Assembly (NCBI GenBank): GCA_905234125.1
Contig: CAJOGQ010000002.1
Location: forward strand, 455-64,454
DNA: 64,000 bases
Source of the DNA: an uncultured Bacteroidaceae bacterium
GTDB lineage: Bacteria > Bacteroidota > Bacteroidia > Bacteroidales > Bacteroidaceae
Direction of reading: 5' to 3'
Under the pieces are notes generated by a model. It was given only the letters and a program-made list of their open reading frames with translations. It was not told the origin of the DNA and did not search any database. The translations under genes were made by a program, and so were the position numbers. Below are positions 44,901 to 52,293 of this stretch, one piece after another (positions within the stretch are counted from its first letter, which is position 1; each line of letters begins with the position of its first letter).

Positions 44901-45731
44901 GACACCGCCACCCATACGGTCGCGGATTTCACCACCCGTTCCCGTTGCGGCGCCATTGAATGGTTCCACCGTCGTTGGGAAGTTATGTGTCTCGGCCTTC
45001 AGCGAGATGACCGATTCAATGTCCTTCACCTCGAAGTAGTCGCTGGTCGAGTGGTCGGCTGGGGCAAACTGCTCCACCACGGGGCCTTGGCTAAATGCTA
45101 CATTATCTTTATATGCCGAAAGAATCTTGTTCGGATTCTCTTGCGTCGTCTTCTTGATCATCTGGAAGAGCGAGCTCTCCTTCTCCTTGCCGTCGATGAT
45201 GAACGTGCCACCGAAAATCTTGTGGCGACAGTGTTCGGAGTTGATTTGTGCGAAGCCAAACACCTCGCTGTCTGTCAGTTTTCTGCCCAATTGACCTTCC
45301 ACCTTGTGCAGATACTCAATCTCCTCTGGCGAGAGTGCCAGACCTTCCTGCTCGTTGTATTCCTCCAGATTCTCGATGTGGAGAATCGGGGCGGGCTGGA
45401 TGTTCACCGTGAAGATGTCCTGGTTCAGACCCTTGTACATGCGCTGAAGCATGGGGTCATGTTCGGCATCCTCGCTATCAACAGGGAAATACTCCTCGAT
45501 GCGCTGCACGCCTTCGATGGCCATGTTCTGGGTGATTTCCACCGCGTTCGTGCTCCAAGGCGTGATCATCTCACGGCGTGGGCCTACAAAGAAACCCTGC
45601 AAATTGTTCTCGTTTTCTGGACGGGCTTCGCCATACAGCCAGCAAAGCCTCTGGATTTCATCAGCGGTGAGTTCGTGGTTCACTTGAGTGGCAATCACAC
45701 TCTGCGCTGGTGTTCTGAAAAAGTAAATCAT
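41946..45731 (-). CDS. purL: Phosphoribosylformylglycinamidine synthase (large single-chain form)
   Basis: About 1260 aa, with a FGAM synthase core and a C-terminal GATase domain (GICNGCQ). The start was trimmed to MIYFFRTP (45731) because the longer ORF runs into the promoter box at 45759-45766. Confidence 0.95.
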   Translation of the reverse strand: MIYFFRTPAQSVIATQVNHELTADEIQRLCWLYGEARPENENNLQGFFVGPRREMITPWSTNAVEITQNMAIEGVQRIEEYFPVDSEDAEHDPMLQRMYKGLNQDIFTVNIQPAPILHIENLEEYNEQEGLALSPEEIEYLHKVEGQLGRKLTDSEVFGFAQINSEHCRHKIFGGTFIIDGKEKESSLFQMIKKTTQENPNKILSAYKDNVAFSQGPVVEQFAPADHSTSDYFEVKDIESVISLKAETHNFPTTVEPFNGAATGTGGEIRDRMGGGVGSWPIAGTAVYMTSYPRNGVAPSQPHSYPKWTKSDKEGDIRPWEEVLPIRKWLYQTPEQILIKASNGASDFGNKFGQPLICGSVLTFEHEEKQGDVKEEYGYDKVIMLAGGVGYGTKRDCLKGTPEKGNKIVVVGGDNYRIGLGGGSVSSVDTGRYSSGIELNAVQRANPEMQKRANNLVRALCEEDVNPVVSIHDHGSAGHVNCLSELVEECGGLIDMTKLPIGDQTLSSKEIIANESQERMGLLIDEKHIDHVRKIAERERAPLYVVGETTGDAHFAFEQGDGVRPFDLDVAQMFGHSPKTVMTDETVERKYEDVTYSYNEIENYLENVLQLEAVACKDWLTNKVDRSVTGKIARQQCQGEIQLPLSDCGVVALDYRGEKGIATAIGHAPQAGLADPAAGSVLSVAESLTNLVWAPMADGLDSVSLSANWMWPCRSQKGEDARLYEGVQALSDFCCALQVNVPTGKDSLSMTQKYPDGSKIISPGTVIVSSGGEVSDVKKVVSPVLVNDKETTLYHIDFSFDTLKLGGSAFAQSLGKVGSDVPTVKNPEYFRDAFLAVQELVKDELLLAGHDISAGGLITTLLEMTFANQKGGLKINLNGMNESDPVKLLFAENPGVVVQVKNADKKAVENLLNKAGVGFIEIGQPIEERQIVVKKGGRNRYFDIDKLRDIWYSTSYRLDTKQSFNGMAKERFENYKNQPIEHKFPASFTGKLAQYGISADRRERTGIKAAIIREKGTNGEREMAYSLYLAGFDVKDVMMTDLVSGRETLEDINMIVFCGGFSNSDVLGSAKGWAGAFLFNPKAKQALDKFYAREDTLSLGICNGCQLMVELGLLNNNHAVTDAKDYAQMLHNVSHKFESEFVTLQIPENRSVMFGSLSGSKLGLWVAHGEGNFRLPKAESEYNIVAKYNYSGYPGNPNGSTYDVAGIASADGRHLAMMPHLERAIFPWQEANYPAERKGDEVTPWIEAFVNARKWVEERVK

Positions 45732-45758
45732 AAAGTTATATGTATGAGAATTTGGGTA

Positions 45759-45766
45759 CAAAGGTA
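45759..45766 (-). promoter_or_regulatory. -7 promoter box (TACCTTTG on the minus strand)
   Basis: It lies 28 nt upstream of the purL ATG at 45731. Confidence 0.5.
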
Positions 45767-45796
45767 CGACTTTTTCACGGATTATCGGTCATCGAC

Positions 45797-45833
45797 CATT
45801 GATAATTGACCGATGGCAATTGATAATTGATAA
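45797..45833. repeat. AATTGAT-type heptamer words between the divergent purL and ychF promoters
   Basis: The sequence is CATTGATAATTGACCGATGGCAATTGATAATTGATAA. There is also an 8-bp inverted repeat, ATCGGTCA (45784-45791) with TGACCGAT (45807-45814). Confidence 0.75.
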
Positions 45834-45841
45834 AAAAGTCC

Positions 45842-45849
45842 TAACTTTG
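45842..45849 (+). promoter_or_regulatory. -7 promoter box (TAACTTTG)
   Basis: It lies 42 nt upstream of the ychF ATG. Confidence 0.5.
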
Positions 45850-45890
45850 CAGCGGAATTTATCAATTGACTATCAGAAAAGTAAGAAGAT

Positions 45891-46994
45891 ATGGCATTGA
45901 AAGCAGGTATCGTCGGTTTGCCAAATGTGGGCAAATCAACCCTATTCAATTGTTTGTCGAGTGCGAAGGCGCAGGCGGCAAACTTTCCTTTTTGTACAAT
46001 TGACGCGCAGCTCGGACAGGTCAGCGTGCCTGACGAGCGACTGACTAAGCTCGCCGAACTCGTTCATCCCGGACGCATCGTCCCAGCCGTGTGTGACATT
46101 GTTGACATCGCCGGACTCGTCAAGGGCGCCAGCCAAGGTGAAGGCCTTGGCAACCAGTTCCTTGGCAACATCCGTGAGTGCGATGCCATCATCCACGTGC
46201 TCCGCTGTTTCGACAACGGCAACATCGTCCATGTGGATGGTTCTGTCGATCCCGTCCGCGACAAGGAGATCATCGACACCGAGCTCCAGCTCAAAGACCT
46301 TGAGACCGTTGAAGCTCGCATCAAGAAGACCGAAAAACTCGCCAACGTAGGTCACGACAAGCAGGCCAAGGTCGAGTACGGACTCCTGCTCCGCTACAAG
46401 GATGCTTTGGAGAAAGGACTCTCTGCCCGCACTGTCCAGCCCGAGAACGACGAGGAAGCTCTGGCCGAGAAGAACATGTTCCTCCTGACCACCAAGCCCG
46501 TCCTATATGTATGTAATGTGGACGATGCCAGCGCCAAGTCCGGCAATGCCTACGTCGACCGCGTCCGTGAGGCCATCAAAGGAGAGGATGCCGAACTCAT
46601 GGTCATCAGTGCCCAGACCGAGGCCGACATCGCCGAGTTGGAGAGTTACGAAGAGAAGCAGATGTTCCTCGAAGACCTTGGCTTGGAGGAGAGCGGTTGC
46701 AACCGACTCATCAAGGCCATCTACTCCCTCCTCAACCTGCAGACCTTCATCACCGCCGGCGAGATGGAAGTGAAGGCCTGGACAGTCCGCAAGGGATGGA
46801 AAGCTCCCCAGTGTGCCGGCGTCATCCACACCGACTTCGAAAAAGGCTTCATTCGTGCTGAAGTCATCAAGTACGACGACTACATCAAGTACGGTTCCGA
46901 GTCCGCTGTCCGCGAAGCCGGCAAGCTCGCCGTCGAAGGCAAAGACTACATCGTTCAGGACGGCGACATCATGCACTTCCGATTCAACGTATAG
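45891..46994 (+). CDS. ychF: Redox-regulated ATPase YchF (Obg-family GTPase-like)
   Basis: 367-aa ORF with the P-loop [12 protein letters not shown] and a TGS-like C-terminus ending in FRFNV. Confidence 0.95.
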   Translation: MALKAGIVGLPNVGKSTLFNCLSSAKAQAANFPFCTIDAQLGQVSVPDERLTKLAELVHPGRIVPAVCDIVDIAGLVKGASQGEGLGNQFLGNIRECDAIIHVLRCFDNGNIVHVDGSVDPVRDKEIIDTELQLKDLETVEARIKKTEKLANVGHDKQAKVEYGLLLRYKDALEKGLSARTVQPENDEEALAEKNMFLLTTKPVLYVCNVDDASAKSGNAYVDRVREAIKGEDAELMVISAQTEADIAELESYEEKQMFLEDLGLEESGCNRLIKAIYSLLNLQTFITAGEMEVKAWTVRKGWKAPQCAGVIHTDFEKGFIRAEVIKYDDYIKYGSESAVREAGKLAVEGKDYIVQDGDIMHFRFNV

Positions 46995-47039
46995 CCCCCA
47001 AGGAAGAGGGCTAACTCCATGCGCCTCAACAAATAATAC

Positions 47040-48029
47040 ATGAATATAACAATGATTTCCCATAGCATCATCGCGTCAGCCATCCCCCTTTGGGGGTCGG
47101 GGGGCTTTCTTTTCATTGACTGGCAACCCTCCATCGAAGCCTTCTCCATAGGCTCCTTCAGCGTCCGCTGGTACGGCCTGCTCTGGTGCCTCGGCTTCCT
47201 CACCGCCTACCTCATCGTCCAGCGCCTCTACCGTCTGCAGAAAATAGAAGACGAGAAGTTCGAGCCCCTCTTCTTCTACTGCTTCGTCGGCGTGCTCGTC
47301 GGCGCCCGACTCGGCCACTGCCTCTTCTATGAGCCCGGCTACTACCTGACCGACGGCACCCATTTCCTCGAGATGTTCATCCCCTTCCACCACATGCCCG
47401 ATGGCTCCTGGAAGTATACTGGCTACGAAGGTCTCGCCTCCCACGGCGGAACCATCGGACTCATCATCGCTATGGCTCTCTACTGCCGCAAGACTAAAGT
47501 CCGTCCCTGGACAGTCATGGACAACGTCGCCATCGCTGTGCCCGCCATGGCCTGCCTCATCCGCCTCGGAAATCTGATGAACTCCGAAATCATTGGCAAC
47601 CCCACCGACCTCCCTTGGGGCTTCATCTTCCATACTCGCGACGCCCTCGTCGACGGAGTCCCCGCACCTCGCCATCCCGCCCAGCTCTACGAAGCCATCG
47701 CCTACCTCATCATCTTCATCCTTGGAGCCCTCATCTATTGGCACTCCTACAAGGCCACTCTCGCTCCTTGCTCCTCGCCCCTCGCTCCTAAGACCAGCTC
47801 CTCGCCCCTGGCACCTAAAACCGCTCCTGGCACCGGCTTCCATTTCGGCTTTTGCCTCGCCACCATCTTCACCTTCCGCTTCTTCATCGAGTTCCTCAAG
47901 AAGGAGCAAGTCGATTTTGAGCGCGGCATGGCTCTCGACATGGGTCAGCTCCTCAGCGTCCCCTTCATCCTCCTTGGCTGTTGGTGCATGTGGCACTCCC
48001 TGAAGAAAAGCAATCCCGTTCATGTGTGA
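47040..48029 (+). CDS. lgt: Prolipoprotein diacylglyceryl transferase
   Basis: It is a polytopic membrane protein with VRWYGLLWCLGF, SHGG and FRFFIEFLK. It also contains a repeat-encoded insertion (see findings). The exact start is uncertain. Confidence 0.85.
   Translation: MNITMISHSIIASAIPLWGSGGFLFIDWQPSIEAFSIGSFSVRWYGLLWCLGFLTAYLIVQRLYRLQKIEDEKFEPLFFYCFVGVLVGARLGHCLFYEPGYYLTDGTHFLEMFIPFHHMPDGSWKYTGYEGLASHGGTIGLIIAMALYCRKTKVRPWTVMDNVAIAVPAMACLIRLGNLMNSEIIGNPTDLPWGFIFHTRDALVDGVPAPRHPAQLYEAIAYLIIFILGALIYWHSYKATLAPCSSPLAPKTSSSPLAPKTAPGTGFHFGFCLATIFTFRFFIEFLKKEQVDFERGMALDMGQLLSVPFILLGCWCMWHSLKKSNPVHV
47758..47836. repeat. GRGCAAG-family array (reverse orientation, 4 units) plus a 27-nt tandem duplication, in frame inside lgt
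   Basis: The array CTCGCTC CTTGCTC CTCGCCC CTCGCTC (47760-47787) runs into TCCTCGCCCCT(C/G)GC(T/A)CCTAA(G/A)ACC repeated about 2.4 times. The encoded peptide is LAPCSSPLAPKTSSSPLAPKTAPGT. Confidence 0.85.
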
Positions 48030-48081
48030 CGGTTCTCCTCTTCCTCACGCCTTTTTTTTCGCGCGAAATTTTTATTTTTTT

Positions 48082-48160
48082 GAGCCGGAGCCTCAACGCC
48101 CTTGAGGCTCCGGCTCAACGTCATCGTGCTACCGGCTCGTTGCCTTTGGGGTACCGGCTC
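48082..48160 (+). repeat. REP-like ~80-bp palindromic element, copy B
   Basis: It contains a perfect 15-bp stem, GAGCCGGAGCCTCAA (48082-48096) with TTGAGGCTCCGGCTC (48102-48116), around a 5-nt loop. The element ends in GGTACCGGCTC, like copies A and C. Confidence 0.9.
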
Positions 48161-48199
48161 CATACCCGCTCTAACTCCCCCTGCTTCTAACCTCAAAAT

Positions 48200-48341
48200 G
48201 ACTCAGAATTCAGAATTCAGTTTTCTGAGGAGCAGGTAAAATGTGAACCTAAAAATTTTATTATTATATTAATATAATAATAATACTTATTTTCACTTTT
48301 CACACCCTTCCCTATAAAACTGAGTTTCTGAATTCTGAGTC
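48200..48341. repeat. ~140-bp near-palindromic structure: 25-bp inverted arms of GAATTCA heptamers around a perfect 26-bp AT palindrome
   Basis: The left arm is GACTCAGAATTCAGAATTCAGTTTT (48200-48224). The right arm is AAAACTGAGTTTCTGAATTCTGAGTC (48316-48341). The central palindrome is 48258-48283 (TTATTATTATATT|AATATAATAATAA). Confidence 0.85.
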
Positions 48342-48371
48342 ACTGAGTCTGTTTCGGAGTGTCTTTGTTAA

Positions 48372-48476
48372 CGAAATGACATTCACGCATTGAAGGATCA
48401 TGTGGACGAAGAGGACAAGGGAGTAACGAAACGTGACACCCTTGGTGGAAGGTATCATAAAAAGATGAGTCCCTGA
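48372..48476 (+). pseudogene. Possible remnant of a Bro-N/antirepressor-type (phage) gene
   Basis: A 34-codon open frame encodes RNDIHALKDHVDEEDKGVTKRDTLGGRYHKKMSP. It is bounded by stops and has no start. The ...DEEDKGV.K.DTLGG... string resembles the Bro-N/ANT conserved core. The call rests on motif memory only. Confidence 0.3.
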
Positions 48477-48490
48477 ATCGGGGACTCATC
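48464..48490. terminator. Perfect 10-bp hairpin with a CCCTGAATCGGGG core
   Basis: GATGAGTCCC pairs with GGGACTCATC around the 7-nt loop TGAATCG. It lies in the convergent lgt / xylB intergenic region. A second, weaker copy lies at 48508-48524. Confidence 0.5.
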
Positions 48491-48531
48491 GGCAAAATAC
48501 TAAAGCAATGCCCTGATTCAGGGCGGTGGTT

Positions 48532-50010
48532 TTACTTGCCTAATCTCTTCACCCAAAGATTGTAGGCCTCCATGTATGGGGCACGGTCGGCTTCGGGCTT
48601 GATGGTGGCCTTGTGCTTGAGGGTCTTGAAGGCCTCGTCGGAGTCCTTGTAGATGCCTGCACCGATGCCTGCGCCGTATGCTGCACCGACAGAGCCATCG
48701 GTCTCATAGAGTTCGATGGTGGCTCCTGTGACAGCGGCCAGGGTGCGACAGAAGAGCGGATTGAGGAACATGTTGGCATGTCCTGCCTTGATGGTCTGGA
48801 TGTCCATGCCCATCTGCTTCATGATTTCCATGCCGTAGGCGAAGGAGAAGGCGATGCCTTCGTGAGCCGCACGGATGAGGTGTGCCTTCGTGTGGATGTT
48901 GAAGTTGATGCCATGCACGGATGCACCCACGTTCTCATTCTGAAGCACACGTTCGGCACCATTGCCGAATGGAATGACGCTGAGGCCTTCTGCACCAATA
49001 GGAGTGGTCTCTGCCAGGTCGTTCATGGCTGGATAGCTCATGCCCTCTGGAGCCACATTGCGACGCATCCACGCATTGCAGATGCCTGTGCCGTTGATGC
49101 AGAGGAGCACACCCAGACGGGTGGCGCCGTTCTCACCATGATTGACGTGTGCGAAGGTGTTGACACGGGAGAGCTTGTCGTAGTTGACCTCGCCCAGCAC
49201 GCCATACACCACGCCTGAGGTACCACCAGTGGCTGCAATCTCGCCTGGCTTCATCACGTTGAGCGACAGGGCATTGTTGGGCTGGTCGCCACCACGATAG
49301 GAGATAGGCGTGCCAGCAGGTATGCCGAGTTCGTCAGCCACAGCCTGGCAGACGGTGCTCTGTACGGAGAAAGTGGGCACGATTTCGGCGATGAGCGATT
49401 CTGGGAAGCCGAAGAAGTTCATCACGTCCTTGCTCACCTCGTTGTTCTTGAAATCCCAGAACATGCCTTCGGAGAGGCCGGAAACGGTGGTCTTCTTGTC
49501 GCCACCAGAGAGGCGCATGGCGATGTAGTCGCCTGGGAGCATAATCTTGTCAATCTTGGCAAAGATGTCGGGTTCGTTCTCCTTCACCCAAGCCAGCTTG
49601 GCAGCTGTGAAGTTGCCGGGAGAGTTGAGGAGATGCTGGAGGCACTTCTCGCCTCCGATGCCGTCGAAGGCCTTGTTGCCGTAGGGCACAGCACGACCGT
49701 CGCACCAAATGATGGAGGGACGGAGAGGGTTGCCTTCCTTGTCCACGCAGACAAGTCCGTGCATCTGGTAAGAGATGCCGATGGCCTTCACTTCAGCCAA
49801 TGAGCCTGCCTTCTGAGCCACACGTGCAGTGGCCTGCTTGAGTTCGTCCCACCACATCTGGGGGTCTTGTTCAGCCCAACCTGGTTGCTTGGCTGTGATG
49901 GGCGCTTCAGCGTCTGGATATTGTGCACTTGCGATGGTCTGTCCAGTCTGGGCATCCACCAACGCCGCCTTCACTGACGACGTACCTATGTCATAACCTA
50001 AAAGATACAT
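48532..50010 (-). CDS. xylB: Xylulokinase (FGGY carbohydrate kinase)
   Basis: 492-aa ORF with an FGGY N-terminus (LGYDIGTSSVKA). It sits in an operon with xylan-degrading genes. Confidence 0.85.
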   Translation of the reverse strand: MYLLGYDIGTSSVKAALVDAQTGQTIASAQYPDAEAPITAKQPGWAEQDPQMWWDELKQATARVAQKAGSLAEVKAIGISYQMHGLVCVDKEGNPLRPSIIWCDGRAVPYGNKAFDGIGGEKCLQHLLNSPGNFTAAKLAWVKENEPDIFAKIDKIMLPGDYIAMRLSGGDKKTTVSGLSEGMFWDFKNNEVSKDVMNFFGFPESLIAEIVPTFSVQSTVCQAVADELGIPAGTPISYRGGDQPNNALSLNVMKPGEIAATGGTSGVVYGVLGEVNYDKLSRVNTFAHVNHGENGATRLGVLLCINGTGICNAWMRRNVAPEGMSYPAMNDLAETTPIGAEGLSVIPFGNGAERVLQNENVGASVHGINFNIHTKAHLIRAAHEGIAFSFAYGMEIMKQMGMDIQTIKAGHANMFLNPLFCRTLAAVTGATIELYETDGSVGAAYGAGIGAGIYKDSDEAFKTLKHKATIKPEADRAPYMEAYNLWVKRLGK

Positions 50011-50031
50011 TTGTTTTTATTATGGGGTTAA

Positions 50032-51069
50032 TTAATCTAAGCCTTCGATGGTCTGGATGGTTCCATCTGCATTGTAGTGGAGTTCTGCCACCTTGAGGGA
50101 GCGGAGCCAGGTCTTGTCGTTGGATGGCACGCAGTCGTGGTGGAAGAGGTACCATTTGCCCTTGTACTCGGCAATGGCGTGGTGAGTGGTCCAACCTACA
50201 ACGGGAGTGAGGATGACGCCCTGATAGGTGAAGGGGCCGTAAGGATTGTCACCGATGGCGTAGCAGAGGAAGTGGCTGTCGCCTGTAGAATAAGAGAAGT
50301 AGTACTTGCCGTTATACTTGTGCATCCACGATGCCTCGAAGAAACGGTGGGGGTCGCTGGCCTTCAGGGGCTGACCGTCCTTATCGACTACGAGCACAGG
50401 ACGGGGAGCTTCAGCAAACTGGAGCACGTCGTCGCTCATCTTCACCACGAGGCTGGGGAGTGCTGGTGCGTCTGGCTGGGCGAAGAGTTCGCCTTTGCGG
50501 GTAGGTTCGGAACCCATGTCCACCAATCCGTTCTCATCGCCATGCTTTCCATGCACAGGTGAAAAGCCTGGTGCGAGGGGTTGCCACCACTGGAGCTGTC
50601 CACCCCAAAGACCACCAAAGTAGGTGTAGATGGAGCCATCGTCGTCCTTGAACACGCAGGGGTCGATGGAGAAGGAACCACGGATGGGCTGAGGCTGAGG
50701 AACGAAAGGACCTTCAGGCTTGTCAGCCACAGCCACACCAAGACGGAACACACCGTCGTAGCCCTTGGCCGAGAAGATGTAGTAGTACTTGCCGTCTTTC
50801 TCAACGACATCGCTGTCCCAGAGCTGCTTTTCTGCCCAAGGCACGTCATTCACATCGAAGATGACACCGTGGTCAGTTGCCTGTCCGTTCTCAAGGTCGT
50901 CGAACGAGAGAGCGTGGTAGTCCTTCATCTGGAAGTGACCGCCATCATCGTCTTCTTCTGCGCCTGCCTCCCAGTCGTGAGAGGGATAGATGAAGAGTTT
51001 GCCGTTGAACACATGGGCTGCAGGGTCTGCCATGTAGTCTTGTGGAAATAGATATTTCTTTCCTTCCAT
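50032..51069 (-). CDS. Glycoside hydrolase family 43 (intracellular beta-xylosidase / alpha-L-arabinofuranosidase type)
   Basis: 345-aa ORF with no signal peptide and the GH43 propeller motifs ADPAAHVFNGKLFIYPSHD, WDSDVVEKDGKYYY and EASWMHKYNGKYYFSYS. Confidence 0.85.
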   Translation of the reverse strand: MEGKKYLFPQDYMADPAAHVFNGKLFIYPSHDWEAGAEEDDDGGHFQMKDYHALSFDDLENGQATDHGVIFDVNDVPWAEKQLWDSDVVEKDGKYYYIFSAKGYDGVFRLGVAVADKPEGPFVPQPQPIRGSFSIDPCVFKDDDGSIYTYFGGLWGGQLQWWQPLAPGFSPVHGKHGDENGLVDMGSEPTRKGELFAQPDAPALPSLVVKMSDDVLQFAEAPRPVLVVDKDGQPLKASDPHRFFEASWMHKYNGKYYFSYSTGDSHFLCYAIGDNPYGPFTYQGVILTPVVGWTTHHAIAEYKGKWYLFHHDCVPSNDKTWLRSLKVAELHYNADGTIQTIEGLD

Positions 51070-51096
51070 AGTTTTGTTGATTTATTATGTTAATGA

Positions 51097-52281
51097 TTAG
51101 TTTTTAGTTTTCACGAGATCCACCAGCTTCTGGATGGTTGGTTTGGGCTGGCTCTGACGGTCGAAGAGAGTGGCATACTCGGTACGTCCCTTCACGGGCC
51201 AGTCGTTGCGCCAAGAGTTGGCATCGTTGAAACACCAGTAGTTGACACGCATCACGTTCTCCTTGTTGCGAATCAGCATCTTGTAGAAGTCGCACCAGAA
51301 CTGGTCGGCCTGCTCCTGCACCTCAGCAGGAAGTCCCTCGGTGTAAGGGTCGAGCTCCTTGCTGTACTCGAAGTTGGCACTGATGTTGGCACCAGCCATA
51401 GCGTATGGATTGGGCAACACGGAGAGGTCTAACTCGGTGAATTGGGAAGGAATGCCCAATGTGGCAATCTCTTGAATGGACTTCTCGTAGAGGGTCGGAT
51501 AGTCCTCATCGCCCATGAAGAGATGTGCCTGCAGACCGATGGCATCGAGGCGCATCCCCTTCTCCATCAGCGGACGGAAAAACGCCACCACAGCCTTCAC
51601 CTTCTCGGGCTTGTACATGGAGTAGTCGTTGTAGTACAGCTCGATGGTCGAGTCGGCCTCATATGCGTATTGGAAAGCCAATGGGATGAATTCCTCGCCC
51701 AGAATTTCGTAGAACTTGGAGTTGCGCAGCGTGCCGTCATCCTCAAAAGCCTCGTTCACGACATCCCAGCCCACAATCTTGCCACGGAAGTGGTCGAGAA
51801 TGGTGAATATATGGTCGTGCATGCGCTGCTTGAGCACTTCGGCTGACACCTGCTGGCCCTCCTTATCGACGAAGAACCAAGGGGCACATTGGGCATGCCA
51901 GATGAGGCAGTGGCCAATCACCTGCTGACCATTCTCCAATGCCTTCTCCACGAGCTGGTCGGCCAAGGTGAAGTCATAGCGGTCTTCCTCTGGATGGATG
52001 ACCTCGCACTTCATGCAGTTCTCAGGCACCACCCAACCGAAATGCTTGGCTATCATGGGGTAGTCGGCTGTCTGGTCGAGACTGCTGGCTCCTGAGTATT
52101 GCACACCTTCCTTCATGGCCTCTTCAGCCTTCACTTCCCACTGATTCACGCTCACACCTGTGCGCCAGTAGTCTTGGTAGGCCTCCTGCAACGAGTCGGA
52201 GGACGTTGCAGGAGTCTGCTTGCAACCCACGCACATCAGCGCCACAGTTGCGAGAGAAAGGAATATATTGGATACTTTCAC
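51097..52281 (-). CDS. Endo-1,4-beta-xylanase, glycoside hydrolase family 10 (lipoprotein)
   Basis: It has a lipoprotein-type signal (ALMCVGC) and the GH10 motifs GHCLIWHAQ, WDVVNEA (acid/base Glu) and FTELDLS (nucleophile Glu). Confidence 0.85.
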   Translation of the reverse strand: MKVSNIFLSLATVALMCVGCKQTPATSSDSLQEAYQDYWRTGVSVNQWEVKAEEAMKEGVQYSGASSLDQTADYPMIAKHFGWVVPENCMKCEVIHPEEDRYDFTLADQLVEKALENGQQVIGHCLIWHAQCAPWFFVDKEGQQVSAEVLKQRMHDHIFTILDHFRGKIVGWDVVNEAFEDDGTLRNSKFYEILGEEFIPLAFQYAYEADSTIELYYNDYSMYKPEKVKAVVAFFRPLMEKGMRLDAIGLQAHLFMGDEDYPTLYEKSIQEIATLGIPSQFTELDLSVLPNPYAMAGANISANFEYSKELDPYTEGLPAEVQEQADQFWCDFYKMLIRNKENVMRVNYWCFNDANSWRNDWPVKGRTEYATLFDRQSQPKPTIQKLVDLVKTKN

Positions 52282-52293
52282 TGTTCGTTCAGA

